Below, one piece after another: positions 49,153 through 61,814 of a DNA stretch of 64,000 nt. The notes beneath the pieces are model-generated. The model was not told the origin of the DNA. It did not search any database and saw only the letters and a program-made list of their open reading frames with translations. The translations under genes were made by a program, and so were the position numbers. Within the stretch, counting starts at the first letter, position 1. Each line of letters starts with the position of its first letter. This DNA comes from Macrostomum lignano (Eukaryota): the NCBI GenBank assembly GCA_002269645.1, contig NIVC01000084.1, forward strand, positions 930,001-994,000, written 5' to 3'.

Positions 49153-49447
49153 GATTCCGAAGAATTTTAATAATTTATTTATTCAATTGCTGAACTTATG
49201 TCGAAAGAGATGCAATTATCAACAGTGCGATTGACATGAAGCAATTCTTAGCCGCAATGATGCTGTCTGTGAGGAGGCAAGCTGTTTTAAAAACGGTTTT
49301 GCCCATGCTTGAATGCCAATCAACTGGTTAGTGGGCGGGCAGATCTCCCGGCCAATGAGATTCAGCCGGGGTCGCTTCGTTGGTTTTCCGCTTGTAGCCT
49401 CATACTGTACGTCCAGCGAGTTTGCTTTCGATAATCCTATTCTGTGC

Positions 49448-49586
<139 letters not shown>

Positions 49587-51289
49587 ATATACAGTGGTAA
49601 ACCATCTCTCTCGACTAAGGATCTGCAGTTTCAATTTTAAATTCCTTAAACCTTGGCCGTTTCTGTCTATCAAAACAATTTCTCTGTTCTTGCATTCATC
49701 TGTCCATCAAAACAGCCCCTCCACTCCCGCGAGATTCATGAAGATCAGATAACGCGCTTAAAAGACCCTATTATAGGACTCAAAAACTTATTCCGGTCGT
49801 CAAGGCTTCAAACAAATTCATGCTCACATGGGGGGGTTATAAATAAGCGGCGCAAGGGCTTTAGGCTTGTTCTGTCTAATTTTGCTTACTCACGCTCCGA
49901 ACTGGAGTCTAAACAGCGACCCAGTGACCGACCGAACTCCCGCCTCAGAACATTAGCTATTGAATAATTATGATTCGCTGTGAGGTGGGCAACTCTCGGT
50001 GGTCAGAATTTATATACAGTCTAACTGGTCCGAAGCGAGCTCGCTGTTAAAATGCGCCCCACTTGGTTAAAGCAATTAACTAGCCATTCTACATTTAGGT
50101 TGCGTCGGTCCCGGCGGTCCCTATAGAAAGCTGGCTATAGTGTCAGCTTGTGAGTCATTGGCCCCACCCGCTGCTTCCATGCTGCTGCTGCTCTGCGGCT
50201 CAAGCTCAATTCACCTCTTTGTGCGGCCTAGAGGCTCAGCACAGGGGGAACAAAGACAGCTTGAAGGCTTATAGCCCCACAATCCTGAAAATAGTACCTA
50301 TCTACTATCTATAGCTGCACTGAATGTCTCAGTCCCGGACACAATTGGGAGATTTAAGTTAAGCACTCAGCAGGTTCATAACTAGTTAGTCTGGTTCAGG
50401 TGGAGCTTTGTTACCGAACACAAAGACCTCAGGTTTTGTCTATTCATCTACTAATTGGTTTAGCCTGCCTGTGTCTCTGAATGTACAGCGGGACTATTAG
50501 CAATCATGTCAACCGGTCCTCACTTTCTCATAGCATTGGATAGCACTCGGTTTTCTCAGAAATTGGCAGCAGGAGTCCGTCTAGAGAATAGTCGCAGTTT
50601 TTCTCAACCGATCTTAATTTAATAATTAATTTCCATTTTCTACAGGCACAAATTGGCATTTTTGTGTACATCACGACAGATGTCAAATCCTCTGTCTATT
50701 GCCATCAAACAACCGGGGGAGCTATTTCATCTTTAACTTTTACATTAACACATGCAGTTGCATTATTTTTCCTTGCCTGCACTTATCTATTTTTGCATTG
50801 TGCTGCGAGCTGCTTGGTGGGGAAGTGGGAAAGTCAGGTACACTGGCTGGGGGAATGTGTAGCCATGACAACAGCTGTGGCGAGAGAGAGAGAGAGAGAG
50901 AGATAAAGGCAGTCAGAGACTTGCAGTGTGTGACAGGAAACAAAAAGCAACAATCTAAAAAGGAAGTATGCCATACGAGCTTTCTCTATCACTTTCGTGA
51001 CTCTGCCAAATTCTGTATTGACATTGGCGTTGTGGCGAGAGATGCGTTGGCGAGAGGTTAGGGCGACACTGTTGAATATATAAGCAACAAAATAAAAACA
51101 TCTGAAGAGTCAGTGACAAGTGACAAGTTGAGAGTGACAGAATCCATGCCAGTGAAATTTAGATGCATATAAAATGACTGACATTTCTTTAATTCAGTTA
51201 TTCGCAACCTTTTCTTGAAGTGACATTTTCTGCTTTTCACTTTGCTGTTCCAGAGAGAGAAAGATTAAGAGAGGAGGGAGAAATAGGAG

Positions 51290-52080
51290 ACAGGAGGGTG
51301 AGAGAGGGAAAGTGAGAGGGGGAGTGAGAGGGGGAGTGAGAAAGGGAGGATGAGAGAGGGAGGGTGAGAGTGAGAAGGAGAGTGAGAGGGAAATGGAGAG
51401 AGAGAAAGTGAAAAGCAGAGAGAGAGAGAGGGAGAGTAAGAGTGAGAGTGAGGAGGAGAGGTAGAGTGTGAGGTAGAGTGTGAGGTAGAGTGAGAGGGAG
51501 AGTGAGAGGTAGAGTTAGAGGGAAATTGAGAAGGAGAGTGTGAGGGAGAGTGAGAATGATAATGAGAGGGAGAGTGAGAGGGAGAGTGACAGGGAGAGTG
51601 AGAGGTAGAGTTAGAGGGAGAGTGAGAGGGAGAGTTAGAGGGAGAGTGAGAGGGAGAGTTAGAGGGAGAGTGAGAGGGAGAGTGAGAGGTAGAGTTAGAG
51701 GGAGAGTGAGAGGGAGAGTGAGAGGTAGAGTTAGAGGGAGAGTGAGAGGGAGAGTGAGAGGGAGAGTGAGAGGGAGAGTGAGAGGTAGAGTTAGAGGGAG
51801 AGTGAGAGGGAGAGTGAGAGGGAGAGTGAGAGGTAGAGTTAGAGGGAGAGTGAGAGGTAGAGTTAGAGGGAGAGTGAGAGGGAGAGTGAGATTGAGAAGG
51901 AGAGGGAGAGTGAGAGGGAGAGTGAGAGGTAGAGTTAGAGGGAGAGTGAGAGGGAGAGTGAGAGGTAGAGTGAGAGGGAGAGTGAGAGGTAGAGTTAGAG
52001 GGAGAGTGAGAGGGAGAGTGAGAGGGAGAGTGAGATTGAGAAGGAGAGGGAGAGTTAGAAATAGAGTAAGAGGGAGAGTT
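51290..52080. repeat. GA-rich minisatellite, 12-bp unit
   Basis: GAGGGAGAGTGA and GAGGTAGAGTTA units. Confidence 0.95.
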
Positions 52081-52924
52081 GCAAACAGCGACTAAAAATC
52101 TATATCTAAGGCCAGATAAAACTCAGACGCAAGGACGCGTGAAAGAATGTGAAAGAAACGTGAAAGAAAGGCACGAGAATAGAGGAAACAGAGAAAAAAG
52201 AGTCTAGCCAACTCTTTGTCGGGTCCAACAAATTTTTTTCGAATAAGAGCAGTAGAGAATAGTAGCAAAATAAAAAAATGAAGTGGCAAGTTCGAATCGC
52301 TGAGACAATTTTTCTATCTTGGCTACAATCCGCCCTGAATTAGCAAAAGCAACGGGACGTGGCGGGTGGGGAAGATTAAAAAATTTTCCTCAGCCCGACC
52401 AAAGTTGCTTGAACCAATCAACCGATACAATGCTGGCTCTTCTAGTTTTGCATATAACAAAGTATTTAGATACGATTTGAAGCCAACCAAAGTGGCCACT
52501 GCCCGCCCGCCACTTAACCAAGCACTGGAATTCAATCTGTTGTTCAATTCGAGGTCAATTTATACCACATAGCATTGGCCCTCCTCTGAAGGATTTTGCA
52601 TTGCTCTTTGAATATGGAAAATTCTGGGGCTTGGTCTATCGACAAAATAAGCTGAACCTCAAAATTGGAATTCATCAGGGGCTTAAATATACTGTATTGG
52701 CCTTATTTATGCAAATCTCTTTCCTAGACTTGGATTAGATGGGGTATTCTGTAATTGTCGGAAAGGGTTATAGCTTTCCAGACCAGAAGCAATGGTCGCT
52801 AATGAATACAGTCCTAGATAGATGGCTAGTCCATATTTTGACTGCTTTATTTTGCTACTTTTAACTGTAGAGAGGCAAGAGTGTGGGAGACGGAAACGAT
52901 GGGAGAGGGAGACATTGGAAGGGG

Positions 52925-54140
52925 GAAAGTGAGAGACGGAGACAGTGAGAGAGAGGGAGACAGTGAGAGAGAGGGAGACAGTGAGAGAGAGAGGGAGACA
53001 GTGAGAGAGAGGAAGACAGTGGGAGACGGAGACAGTGAGAGAGGGAGACAGTGAGAGAGGGAGACAGTGAGAGAGGGAGACAGTGAGAGAGGGAGACAGT
53101 GAGAGAGGGAGACAGTGAGAGAGGGAGACAGTGAGAGAGGGAAACAGTGATAGAGTGAGACAATGAGAGAGTGAGACAGTGAGAGAGGGAGACAGTGAGA
53201 GAGGGAGACAGTGAGAGAGGGAGACAGTGAGAGAGGGAGACAGTGAGAGAGAGAGACGGAGACAGTGAGAGAGAGGGAGACAGTGAGAGAGAGGGAGACA
53301 GTGAGAGAGAGGGAGACAGTGAGAGAGAGGGAGACAGTGAGAGAGAGAGACGGAGACAGTGAGAGAGAGGGAGACAGTGAGAGAGAGAGGGAGACAGTGA
53401 GAGAGAGGAAGACAGTGGGAGACGGAGACAGTGAGAGAGGGAGACAGTGAGAGAGGGAGACAGTGAGAGAGGGAGACAGTGAGAGAGGGAAACAGTGATA
53501 GAGGGAGACAGTGAGAGAGGGAAACAGTGATAGAGGGAGACAGTGAGAGAGGGAAACAGTGATAGAGTGAGACAATGAGAGAGTGAGACAGTGAAAGAGT
53601 GAGACAGTGAGAGAGGGAGACAGTGAGAGAGGGAGACAGTGAGAGAGGGAGACAGTGAGAGAGGGAGACAGTGAGAGAGGGAAACAGTGAGAGATGGAGA
53701 CAGTGAGAGAGGGAGACAGTGAGAGAGGGAGACAGTGAGAGATGGAGACAGTGAGAGAGGGAGACAGTGAGAGAGGGAGACAGTGAGAGAGTGAGACAAT
53801 GAGAGAGGGGGACAGTGAGAGAGGGGGACTATGTGGGAGAGTGAGACAGTGAGAGAGGGGGACTATGTGGGAGAGTGAGACAGTGAGAGAGTGAGACAAT
53901 GAGAGAGGGGGACTATGTGGGAGAGTGAGACAGTGAGAGAGTGAGACAATGAGAGAGGGAGACAGTGAGAGAGGGAGACAGTGAGAGAGTGAGACAGTGA
54001 AAGAGTGAGACAGTGAGAGAGGGAGACAGTGAGAGAGGGAGACAGTGAAAGAGTGAGACAGTGAGAGAGGGAGACAGTGAGAGAGGGAGACAGTGAGAGA
54101 GTGAGACAGTGAGAGAGGGAGACAGTGAGAGAGGGAGACG
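52925..54140. repeat. GA-rich minisatellite, 16/18-bp unit
   Basis: GAGACAGTGAGAGAGG repeated with variants. Confidence 0.95.
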
Positions 54141-54894
54141 AGAAGAAGTAAATGATTAGCAAATAGTGAAAGAAGGCTGGCAAAAAAAGCAAAACTCTTC
54201 TGTTAGAAGTTGGCTGTGCTAAAATATTGCCCAAATCGAGATTGAGCAGCATGCGCAAGGTAAACAGCGCGGGGGGGGGGGCTACGAGCGTTGATATTGG
54301 AGCATGAATATGAATGATTGCGGAAGGCCACTTGCCAGGTGAGGACCTGGGCCTCCATCCCCACCCCTCCCGATTCCAACTGCCAATGTCCTCTCCTGCG
54401 CACGCACAATTCGGGTCGCCTTGAGCAAAGTTGAGATGCGAAATAAACGAGAGTAGGAGTAGAGGAGAGGAGAGGAGGGAGGGAGGCGGGATAAAGTAAG
54501 CAGAGGGTTGAGGTGCTGCCAACTCCAAAGTAGGTACCGGGGTGGTGGCGCAACACAGGGTAAACAGTTGCCGTGAGCAAACAGGTTTGTCATGCCGTAG
54601 CCGCCGCCAACCAGGTTCCTCCTACCCTCTCAACTCAGCTGCCTCTCTCTTTCTCATCTCTTTTCTTCTATTTTTCCCGCCCAGAAAAATCCCAGCGTGA
54701 CCCCATACGCTAGCTGCTCCGATTATATTTCCCTGGCTGTTGCTCTTCCGGCCATTTTTTTGTTCTTTTTTTTACTGAATGAGAAAAACGTTTTTTTTGT
54801 TTGCCTTTCTGGGGCCTGGAGGCCTGGAGACAATACAATGCATGCCAATTTGTAACTTTTGCAGCTGCGATTTCTTTGCATGCTTTTAAAATAC

Positions 54895-55520
54895 GAGTAG
54901 TTGCTAAGTGCGGTAAAAGAGGGTAGGGTTGCTAAGGACGCTAAGAAGGGGACAGGGTTGCGAAGGACGCTTTAAAGAGGGCACGGTTGCCAAGGGCACT
55001 AAAAAGAGGACAGGGTTGCCAAGGGCACTAAAAAGAGGACAGGGTTGCTAAGGGCGCTCAAAAGAGTACAGTGTTGCTAAGGGCGCTCAAAAGAGGACAG
55101 GGTTGCTAAGGGCACTAAAAAGAGGACAGGGTTGCTAAGGGCGCTCAAAAGAGTACAGTGTTGCTAAGGGCGCTCAAAAGAGGACAGGGTTGCTAAGGGC
55201 ACTAAAAAGAGGACAGGGTTGCTAAGGACGCTATGAAGAGGACAGGGTTGCTAAGGGCGCTCAAAAGAGTACAGTGTTGCTAAGGGCGCTCAAAAGAGGA
55301 CAGGGTTGCTAAGGGCACTAAAAAGAGGACAGGGTTGCTAAGGGCGCTCAAAAGAGTACAGGGTTGCTAAGGACGCTATGAAGAGGACAGGGTTGCTAAG
55401 GGCGCTCAAATGAGGACAGGGTTGCTAAGGACGCTATGAAGAGGACAGAGTTGCTAAGGTCACCAAAAAGAGGACAGGGTTGCTAAGGGCGCAGGGTTGC
55501 TAAGGGCGCTAAGGACGATG
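54895..55520. repeat. Minisatellite, 30-bp unit (related to the 42.5-kb array)
   Basis: GGGTTGCTAAGGGCGCTCAAAAGAGGACAG and variants. Confidence 0.93.
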
Positions 55521-56009
55521 AGAAGGTTGCTTGGCGCGCCCCGAAAGAGTTGTAGAGTCGTAAAGTTTCTCTTTATATTTATCATAGCAAGCTTTCTACC
55601 TGAACTAAAAAGGAACTACAAGACAAAGTTCGTTATTCAAGCTATGCTAAAGCGAATCTGAGCACTTTATATACATTGCATAAATTTAGTTAATATATAC
55701 AATATAGCTTGAGAGATTCCCCGTGTCTAATGGCGCATGACATTGGAGCGGATAGAAAAATCAGAAGACGATAAAAATGTTCTTCGTCTTCTTGTCTCTC
55801 TGTCAAACCGATTATCCTTTCATCTCCGCCTGGCTGGACTCGCATCACCGATCGCATGAGAGAGGGTGACGGGCCGACAGGGCTGGGCTGAGCTGCATGC
55901 TCGATTGCCATTGTTTTCGGGCTTGTCTCTTGTTTGTTATGAGGTCAACTTAGATTCATAGCCGAACTTGTATTTATAGCTATATGCCACGTTTAATAAT
56001 TTATTCACT

Positions 56010-56424
<415 letters not shown>

Positions 56425-56644
56425 GACGAGCTAACTAACTAAAGAATGGCAAAAGTGTCGTGTAGGGTCATCCGTTGCTTCTCAAAAAGTGATGTTGGCT
56501 AAAGTGGGCTACCCATCGCAGGACCATCGATTTGGCGGTAATTCTGATCATTGAAGAGGAACAAAGAAGTTGAAAAAGTTCATAAAGTTTTTAAAGTACT
56601 TTTTGGGAACTTAAGGGGCTTGTAAAGTCTGTCTAGTGTATGGA

Positions 56645-56810
56645 AGTTGTAGCCTAGTGGTTGGAGGGTGGGAATCACGACTGGAAGGTCGGGGGTTCGA
56701 TTCTCGACCTACTCGGAACAATTGGTATCCTTGAGCAAGACACTTAACTCTGCATTGCTTCAGTTCACCCAGCTGTAAAATGGGTGCCAGCATTAGCTGA
56801 GGGTAATTGA
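56645..56810 (+). mobile_element. tRNA-derived SINE with a CORE/Meta-like central domain; 3' end not defined
   Basis: A-box TAGCCTAGTGG (56650-56660) and B-box GGTTCGATTC (56694-56703), followed by CCTTGAGCAAGACACTTAAC...CTTCAGTTCACCCAGCTGTAAAATGGG. The latter resembles the MIR/CORE motif CTTGGGCAAG...CTTAAC...CTCAGTTTCCTCATCTGTAAAATGGG. Confidence 0.8.
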
Positions 56811-57689
56811 GGGTGTGTGTGGCGGCCCCCCAGTCCTTAGACTGAACTACCGTACACAGCCTTCAGATGCAATAGCTGCGGCTGAGCTGTCGGTTGCACA
56901 TCTGGCCATTAGAGCAGGTGTAATCAGTTATTATCATGAATATTACTATCTAGTTTGTGGATTTTAAAAACGTCAAATCACCAAACGAAAGGTATGGAGT
57001 GAAAAAGCTGAACAACCAACGGTTCCCCTGTCAGGTCAGGTTAATTCGCACAGATTCTGCAGTGTCACCAACAGACACAAGAAAAATATGCTGGCTTTCG
57101 AAATCACAGTGCCAGGGTTGACTTTTAAGACGAAGAAACATTTTTTTCTTCTTCCAGCGATGTTTGGCCTCCAAGGCTTGCAGACTGACTGACAGACAGA
57201 CGGGAATCCCTTTGCGCAACTGCCAGTCAAATCTGTTGCAAGAGACTAATGATGCCGGCGCCCCAGGCTAAACCCACAGCCCCTCCCCCAACCCATAAAT
57301 ATTCGAAACAGTCTGATGGTTGGTGCAGAAGTCAAAGCGACTGTTGACGATTTGCAGGCCCGATACCGCGCCTCTTCGTCGAGTATTACGGAGGAGAGCG
57401 GGGTTTCTCTAACCGCGAATATATGCACACCAATATCTACGAGTATATGCATATTCATTTTTATTCCATCGCGAAGTCATTAAAATTATTCAGGGCGGCT
57501 ACCGTTTTTGCCGGGGGGGGGGTTAGTTGAGGCACGGGAAATCAAGAAATTTCCATTGGTCTGTCTGATGCAGTTGAAATTGCAGTTGAAATTGCGATGT
57601 CGCAGCTGGAACATAACTTTCATCTGCATCCCTATTCACGGATTTATCTCTGCTCTCGCTGCCTCCCTCCCATATCTTCCCCTCTCTCC

Positions 57690-58690
57690 CCTCTCATAGC
57701 TCCCACTCTCCCATCTCCCTCCTTTCTCTCTCTCCCTTTTAAGTCTCTCTCTCACTCTCATCTCCCTCTCTCCCATCTCACTCCCTCCCTCTCTCCCATC
57801 TCACTCCCTCCCTCTCTCCCATCTCACTCCCTCCCTCTCTCCCATCTCACTCCCTCCCTCTCTCCCATCTCACTCCCTCCCTCTCTCCCATCTCACTCCC
57901 TCCCTCTCTCCCATCTCACTCCCTCCCTCTCTCCCATCTCACTCCCTCTCTCTCCCATCTCACTCCCTCCCACTCTCCCATCTCACTCCCTCCCTCTCTC
58001 CCATCTCACTCCCTCTCTCTCTCCCATCTCACTCCCTCCCTCTCTCCCATCTCATAGCTCCCACTCTCCCATCTCCCTCCTTTCTCTCTCTCCCTTTTAA
58101 GTCTCTCTCTCACTCTCATCTCACTCTCTCCCTCTGTCTCAGTTCACTCCCTCCCTCTCTCCCATCTCACTCCCTCCCTCTCTCCCATCTCACTCCCTCC
58201 CTCTCTCCCATCTCACTCCCTCCCTCTCTCCCATCTCACTCCCTCTCTCTCTCCCATCTCACTTCCTCCCACTCTCCCATCTCACTCCCTCCCTCTCTAC
58301 CATCTCACTCCCTCCCTCTCTACCATCTCACTCCCTCCCTCTCTCCAATCTCACTCCCTCCCACTCTCCCATCTCACTCCCTCCCTCTCTACCATCTCAC
58401 TCCCTCCCTCTCTCCCATCTCACTCCCTCCCTCTCTCCAATCTCACTCCCTCCCATTCTCCCATCTCACTCCCTCCCATTCTCCCATATTACTTCCTCCC
58501 ACTCTCCCATCTCAGTCCCTCCCACTCTCCCATCTCTCCCTCTCCCTCTCTCCCATCTCCCTCCCTTCTCTCTTCCATCTCACTCCCTCCCACTCTCCCA
58601 TCTCCCTCCCTTCTCTCTTCCATCTCACTCCCTCCCACTTTCCAATCTCACTCTCTCCCTCTCTTCCATCTCCGAATTCCCTCTCTCCCT
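57690..58690. repeat. CT-rich minisatellite, ~23-bp unit
   Basis: CTCCCATCTCACTCCCTCCCTCT repeated. Confidence 0.95.
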
Positions 58691-59276
58691 CTCTGCTTTT
58701 TCCGTTTCTTCTATTTGTCTTCCCGCAACTCTACTGAGCTCTCCATCTCTCTTCAAATTTTCTACCCGGCAGTCATCCATCTCCCTTTTCCACCTCTTAT
58801 TCGCTTCCAGTCTTCCAGTCGCTAGGCACACAAATTTTCACCTCTGCTAGATATTACCCCTCCGGCTCGAGACGGCACTTAACTTCGTGCCGCTGTCGCG
58901 GTGTCGCGGTGGGTGATCAGTCTTTCTCCTTTCAGCCTCTCTACGAACCGACCCGTCCCTCTTGTGTCGCGCAGTCTGTGTGTACACGCCCTGTGCATGT
59001 GTCATTCACTCCCAGCCAGTTCGCAGGCATTCAACATTCATCGCGAGGTGCGCGTGCCCGCAGAAGTATTGCAGCAACAAAATTTCAGTTTGTCGTCAGT
59101 CAAACCAGAAGTCAAATCCATGCATAGCTACAATACATTTACGGGTCTGGGGTCAAACTTATAGCTAGCATTTCACGTGCAATATTCGTCATTGTGTCAT
59201 GCTGTACGCTCATTATTCCACGCTTAGGAATCATTATTTTAGGCTTCTAAAAATACATTCATGAGACAATGTGTTT

Positions 59277-59376
59277 GTGTATATGGTTTTGTCATAGACA
59301 ATGATAAATTTTAGTCACTCGTGGCTTCGCCACTCGTGAAAAATTTATCATTGTCTACCTCCAAAACCATATACAC
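59277..59376. mobile_element. Palindromic MITE-like hairpin
   Basis: GTGTATATGGTTTTG..TAGACAATGATAAATTTT pairs with AAAATTTATCATTGTCTA..CAAAACCATATACAC around TCACTCGTGGCTTCGCCACTCGTGA. Confidence 0.7.
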
Positions 59377-59629
59377 AATCTATCATTGTTGAATGCAACA
59401 GGATGTAACTGGGTTGTAGTGCATTTCTACCTGCTATTTTAAAGCAGATAGTTTTTGATAGCCTTTTTGTTTTAGTAGGGAAATATTTTAATTTAGATTG
59501 ACGGATTCATTTAGAATATCGCGTGAACTCATTCTGTGTTGGATTTAATCTTAAGAATCTCATAAAAATCTTTGTGACCTCTTAGTGAGAGTCCTCCTCA
59601 CCTCTTTGTGACGGATGTGACGAGTATGT

Positions 59630-60300
59630 GGATCCCTCTTCCTCACCTCCTTCCTCACTCTCTTCCTCCATTCTTCCTTACTCTCTTCCTCACCCTCTTC
59701 CTTACCCTCTTCCTCACCCTCTTCCTCACCCTCTTCCTTACCCTCTTCCTCACCCTCTTCCTCACCCTCTTCTTCAACCTCTTCTTCACCCTCTTCCTTT
59801 CCCTCTTCCTCACCCTGTTCCTCACCCTCTTCTTCACCCTCTTCCTCACCCTCTTCCTCACCCTCTTCTTCACCCTCTTCTTCACCCTCTTCCTTTCCCT
59901 CTTCCTCACCCTGTTCCTCACCCTCTTCTTCACCCTCTTCTTCACCCTCTTCCTTTCCCTCTTCCTCACCCTGTTCCTCACCCTCTTCTTCACCCTCTTC
60001 CTTACTCTCTTCCTCACCCTCTTCCTTACCCTCTTCCTCACCCTCTTCCTCACCCTCTTCCTTACCCTCTTCCTCACCCTCTTCCTCACCCTCTTCTTCA
60101 CCCTCTTCCTCACCCTCTTCCTCTCCCTCTTCCTCATCCTCTTCCTTACCCTCTTCCTCACCCTCTTCCTCACCCTCTTCTTCAACCTCTTCTTCACCCT
60201 CTTCCTCACCCTCTTCCTCACCCTCTTCTTCACCCTCTTCTTCACCCTCTTCCTCACCCTCTTCCTCACCCTCTTTCTCACCCTCTTTCTCACATCTTTT
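59630..60300. repeat. CT-rich minisatellite, 12-bp unit
   Basis: CTTCCTCACCCT repeated. Confidence 0.96.
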
Positions 60301-60974
60301 TTAAAAATAATCTCATAAAAAATCTTATAAGAAATCTCACTTTTATCATGCGAACTTCATCAAACGAATATTGAAAAATCTCCCAATTTCTACTGGAAAA
60401 TCTCAATTCTCAATACGCAGCAAAAATCCATTCCAGTTTTTGTTCCAATTTCATATCTTTCCCAGATTTGTTCTGTCCCCAGAATCCCCCAACCGCGTGC
60501 AGTAGCAATTCAGATTTTTTATTCGTTTCCGTACTTTCACGCTGCCTCTCGAAAGCCGCTCACCGAGTGAGTAGCGAATTTTAACAATCCATTCCATCCT
60601 GAGCACTGTGTCAGCCATTTCCTCTTGTCTTTACAGCAAAAATCTGAAAGGCAAGCAAGCTCAGGTAGCATATTTATAAACCAAAAACTGAATGTTGAAA
60701 CGCCATCTCTGTGTCCCTCTCGCTTTTCATCTCTCTCGTGTGTATATTTTTTGTATTTTTGAGGCACAGCAGGTCATGTCAGAAGCTGCAATAAATTCTA
60801 TCTAGCCCTGTTGGTCTTGTAAAAGTGCATCGATTTTGTCTATTTAGGATTTCTAGAGAAAAATAAATTGATGAAGGATTGAAGAGACGCTGGAAGAGAA
60901 CTGGTTTCTTTAAAGGGCGCGAAAAGGCGCTTCAATGTGGCTAGTTGTGGCACTGCAGTAATGCCAGATGAAGC

Positions 60975-61325
60975 GCAAAAATGGCGCTAAAATGGCGCTA
61001 AATGTGGCACTAAAATGACGCTAGATGTGGCACTAAAATGGCGCTAGATGTGGCACTAAAATGGCGCTAGATGTGGCACTAAAATGGCGCTAGATGTGGC
61101 ACTAAAATGGCGCTAGATGTGGCACTAAAATGACGCTAGATGTGGCACTAAAATGGCGCTAGATGTGGCACTAAAATGGCGCTAGATGTGGCACTAAAAT
61201 GGCGCTAGATGTGGCACTAAAATGGCGCTAGATGTGGCGCTAAAATGACGCTAAATGTGGCACTAAAATGGCGCTAGATGTGGCGCTAAAACGGCGCTAA
61301 ATGTGGCACTAAAATGGCGCTAGAA
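60975..61325. repeat. Minisatellite, 23-bp unit
   Basis: GATGTGGCACTAAAATGGCGCTA, period 23. Confidence 0.95.
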
Positions 61326-61441
61326 ATGGCGTTAAACCCACTGGACTAATTATATTTTTTCATTTTGCACCCACGAAGCGAGTTTCGCTTTCAACAGCCA
61401 TCAGTTTCGAGATGTCCGAAAACTATTGAGTTAACCCTGCC

Positions 61442-61472
<31 letters not shown>

Positions 61473-61814
61473 TCTCTCTGTCTGGTCTGACCCTGCCGCG
61501 ACTGCCGAGGGAAGGTTTGCGTTGGGAGAATTTATTATTAGATTGACACAGCTATAGGCAGTGTATATACCGTAGCATCAAGCGCAGCCGAAATGGCAGT
61601 CAAATAAATTTTGGCTGCACACTGTTTATTTAATATAGTTTTCACTCTCGTGCTTACTCTACAAATATACGATATGGCTTTCTAATGAATATTTAATTAG
61701 TTTTTGGAGTTGTTTGTATAGGAGCACTTTACCGCGTAAAAGCAACACCTAATCTAGCTGAGCATTCAGCATTAATCCTGAGTTAAAAGTACCAATCACT
61801 GGCTCCGTGACGAG

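Noticed and set aside
56645-56720. Functional tRNA gene
   Set aside because: A and B boxes are present, but there is no convincing acceptor stem or cloverleaf and no oligo-T terminator. It continues into a SINE core domain.
60560-60640. Short minus-strand exon candidate MADTVLRMEWIVKIRYSL|GTGAGC
   Set aside because: No downstream partner exon could be identified and it is too short to support.
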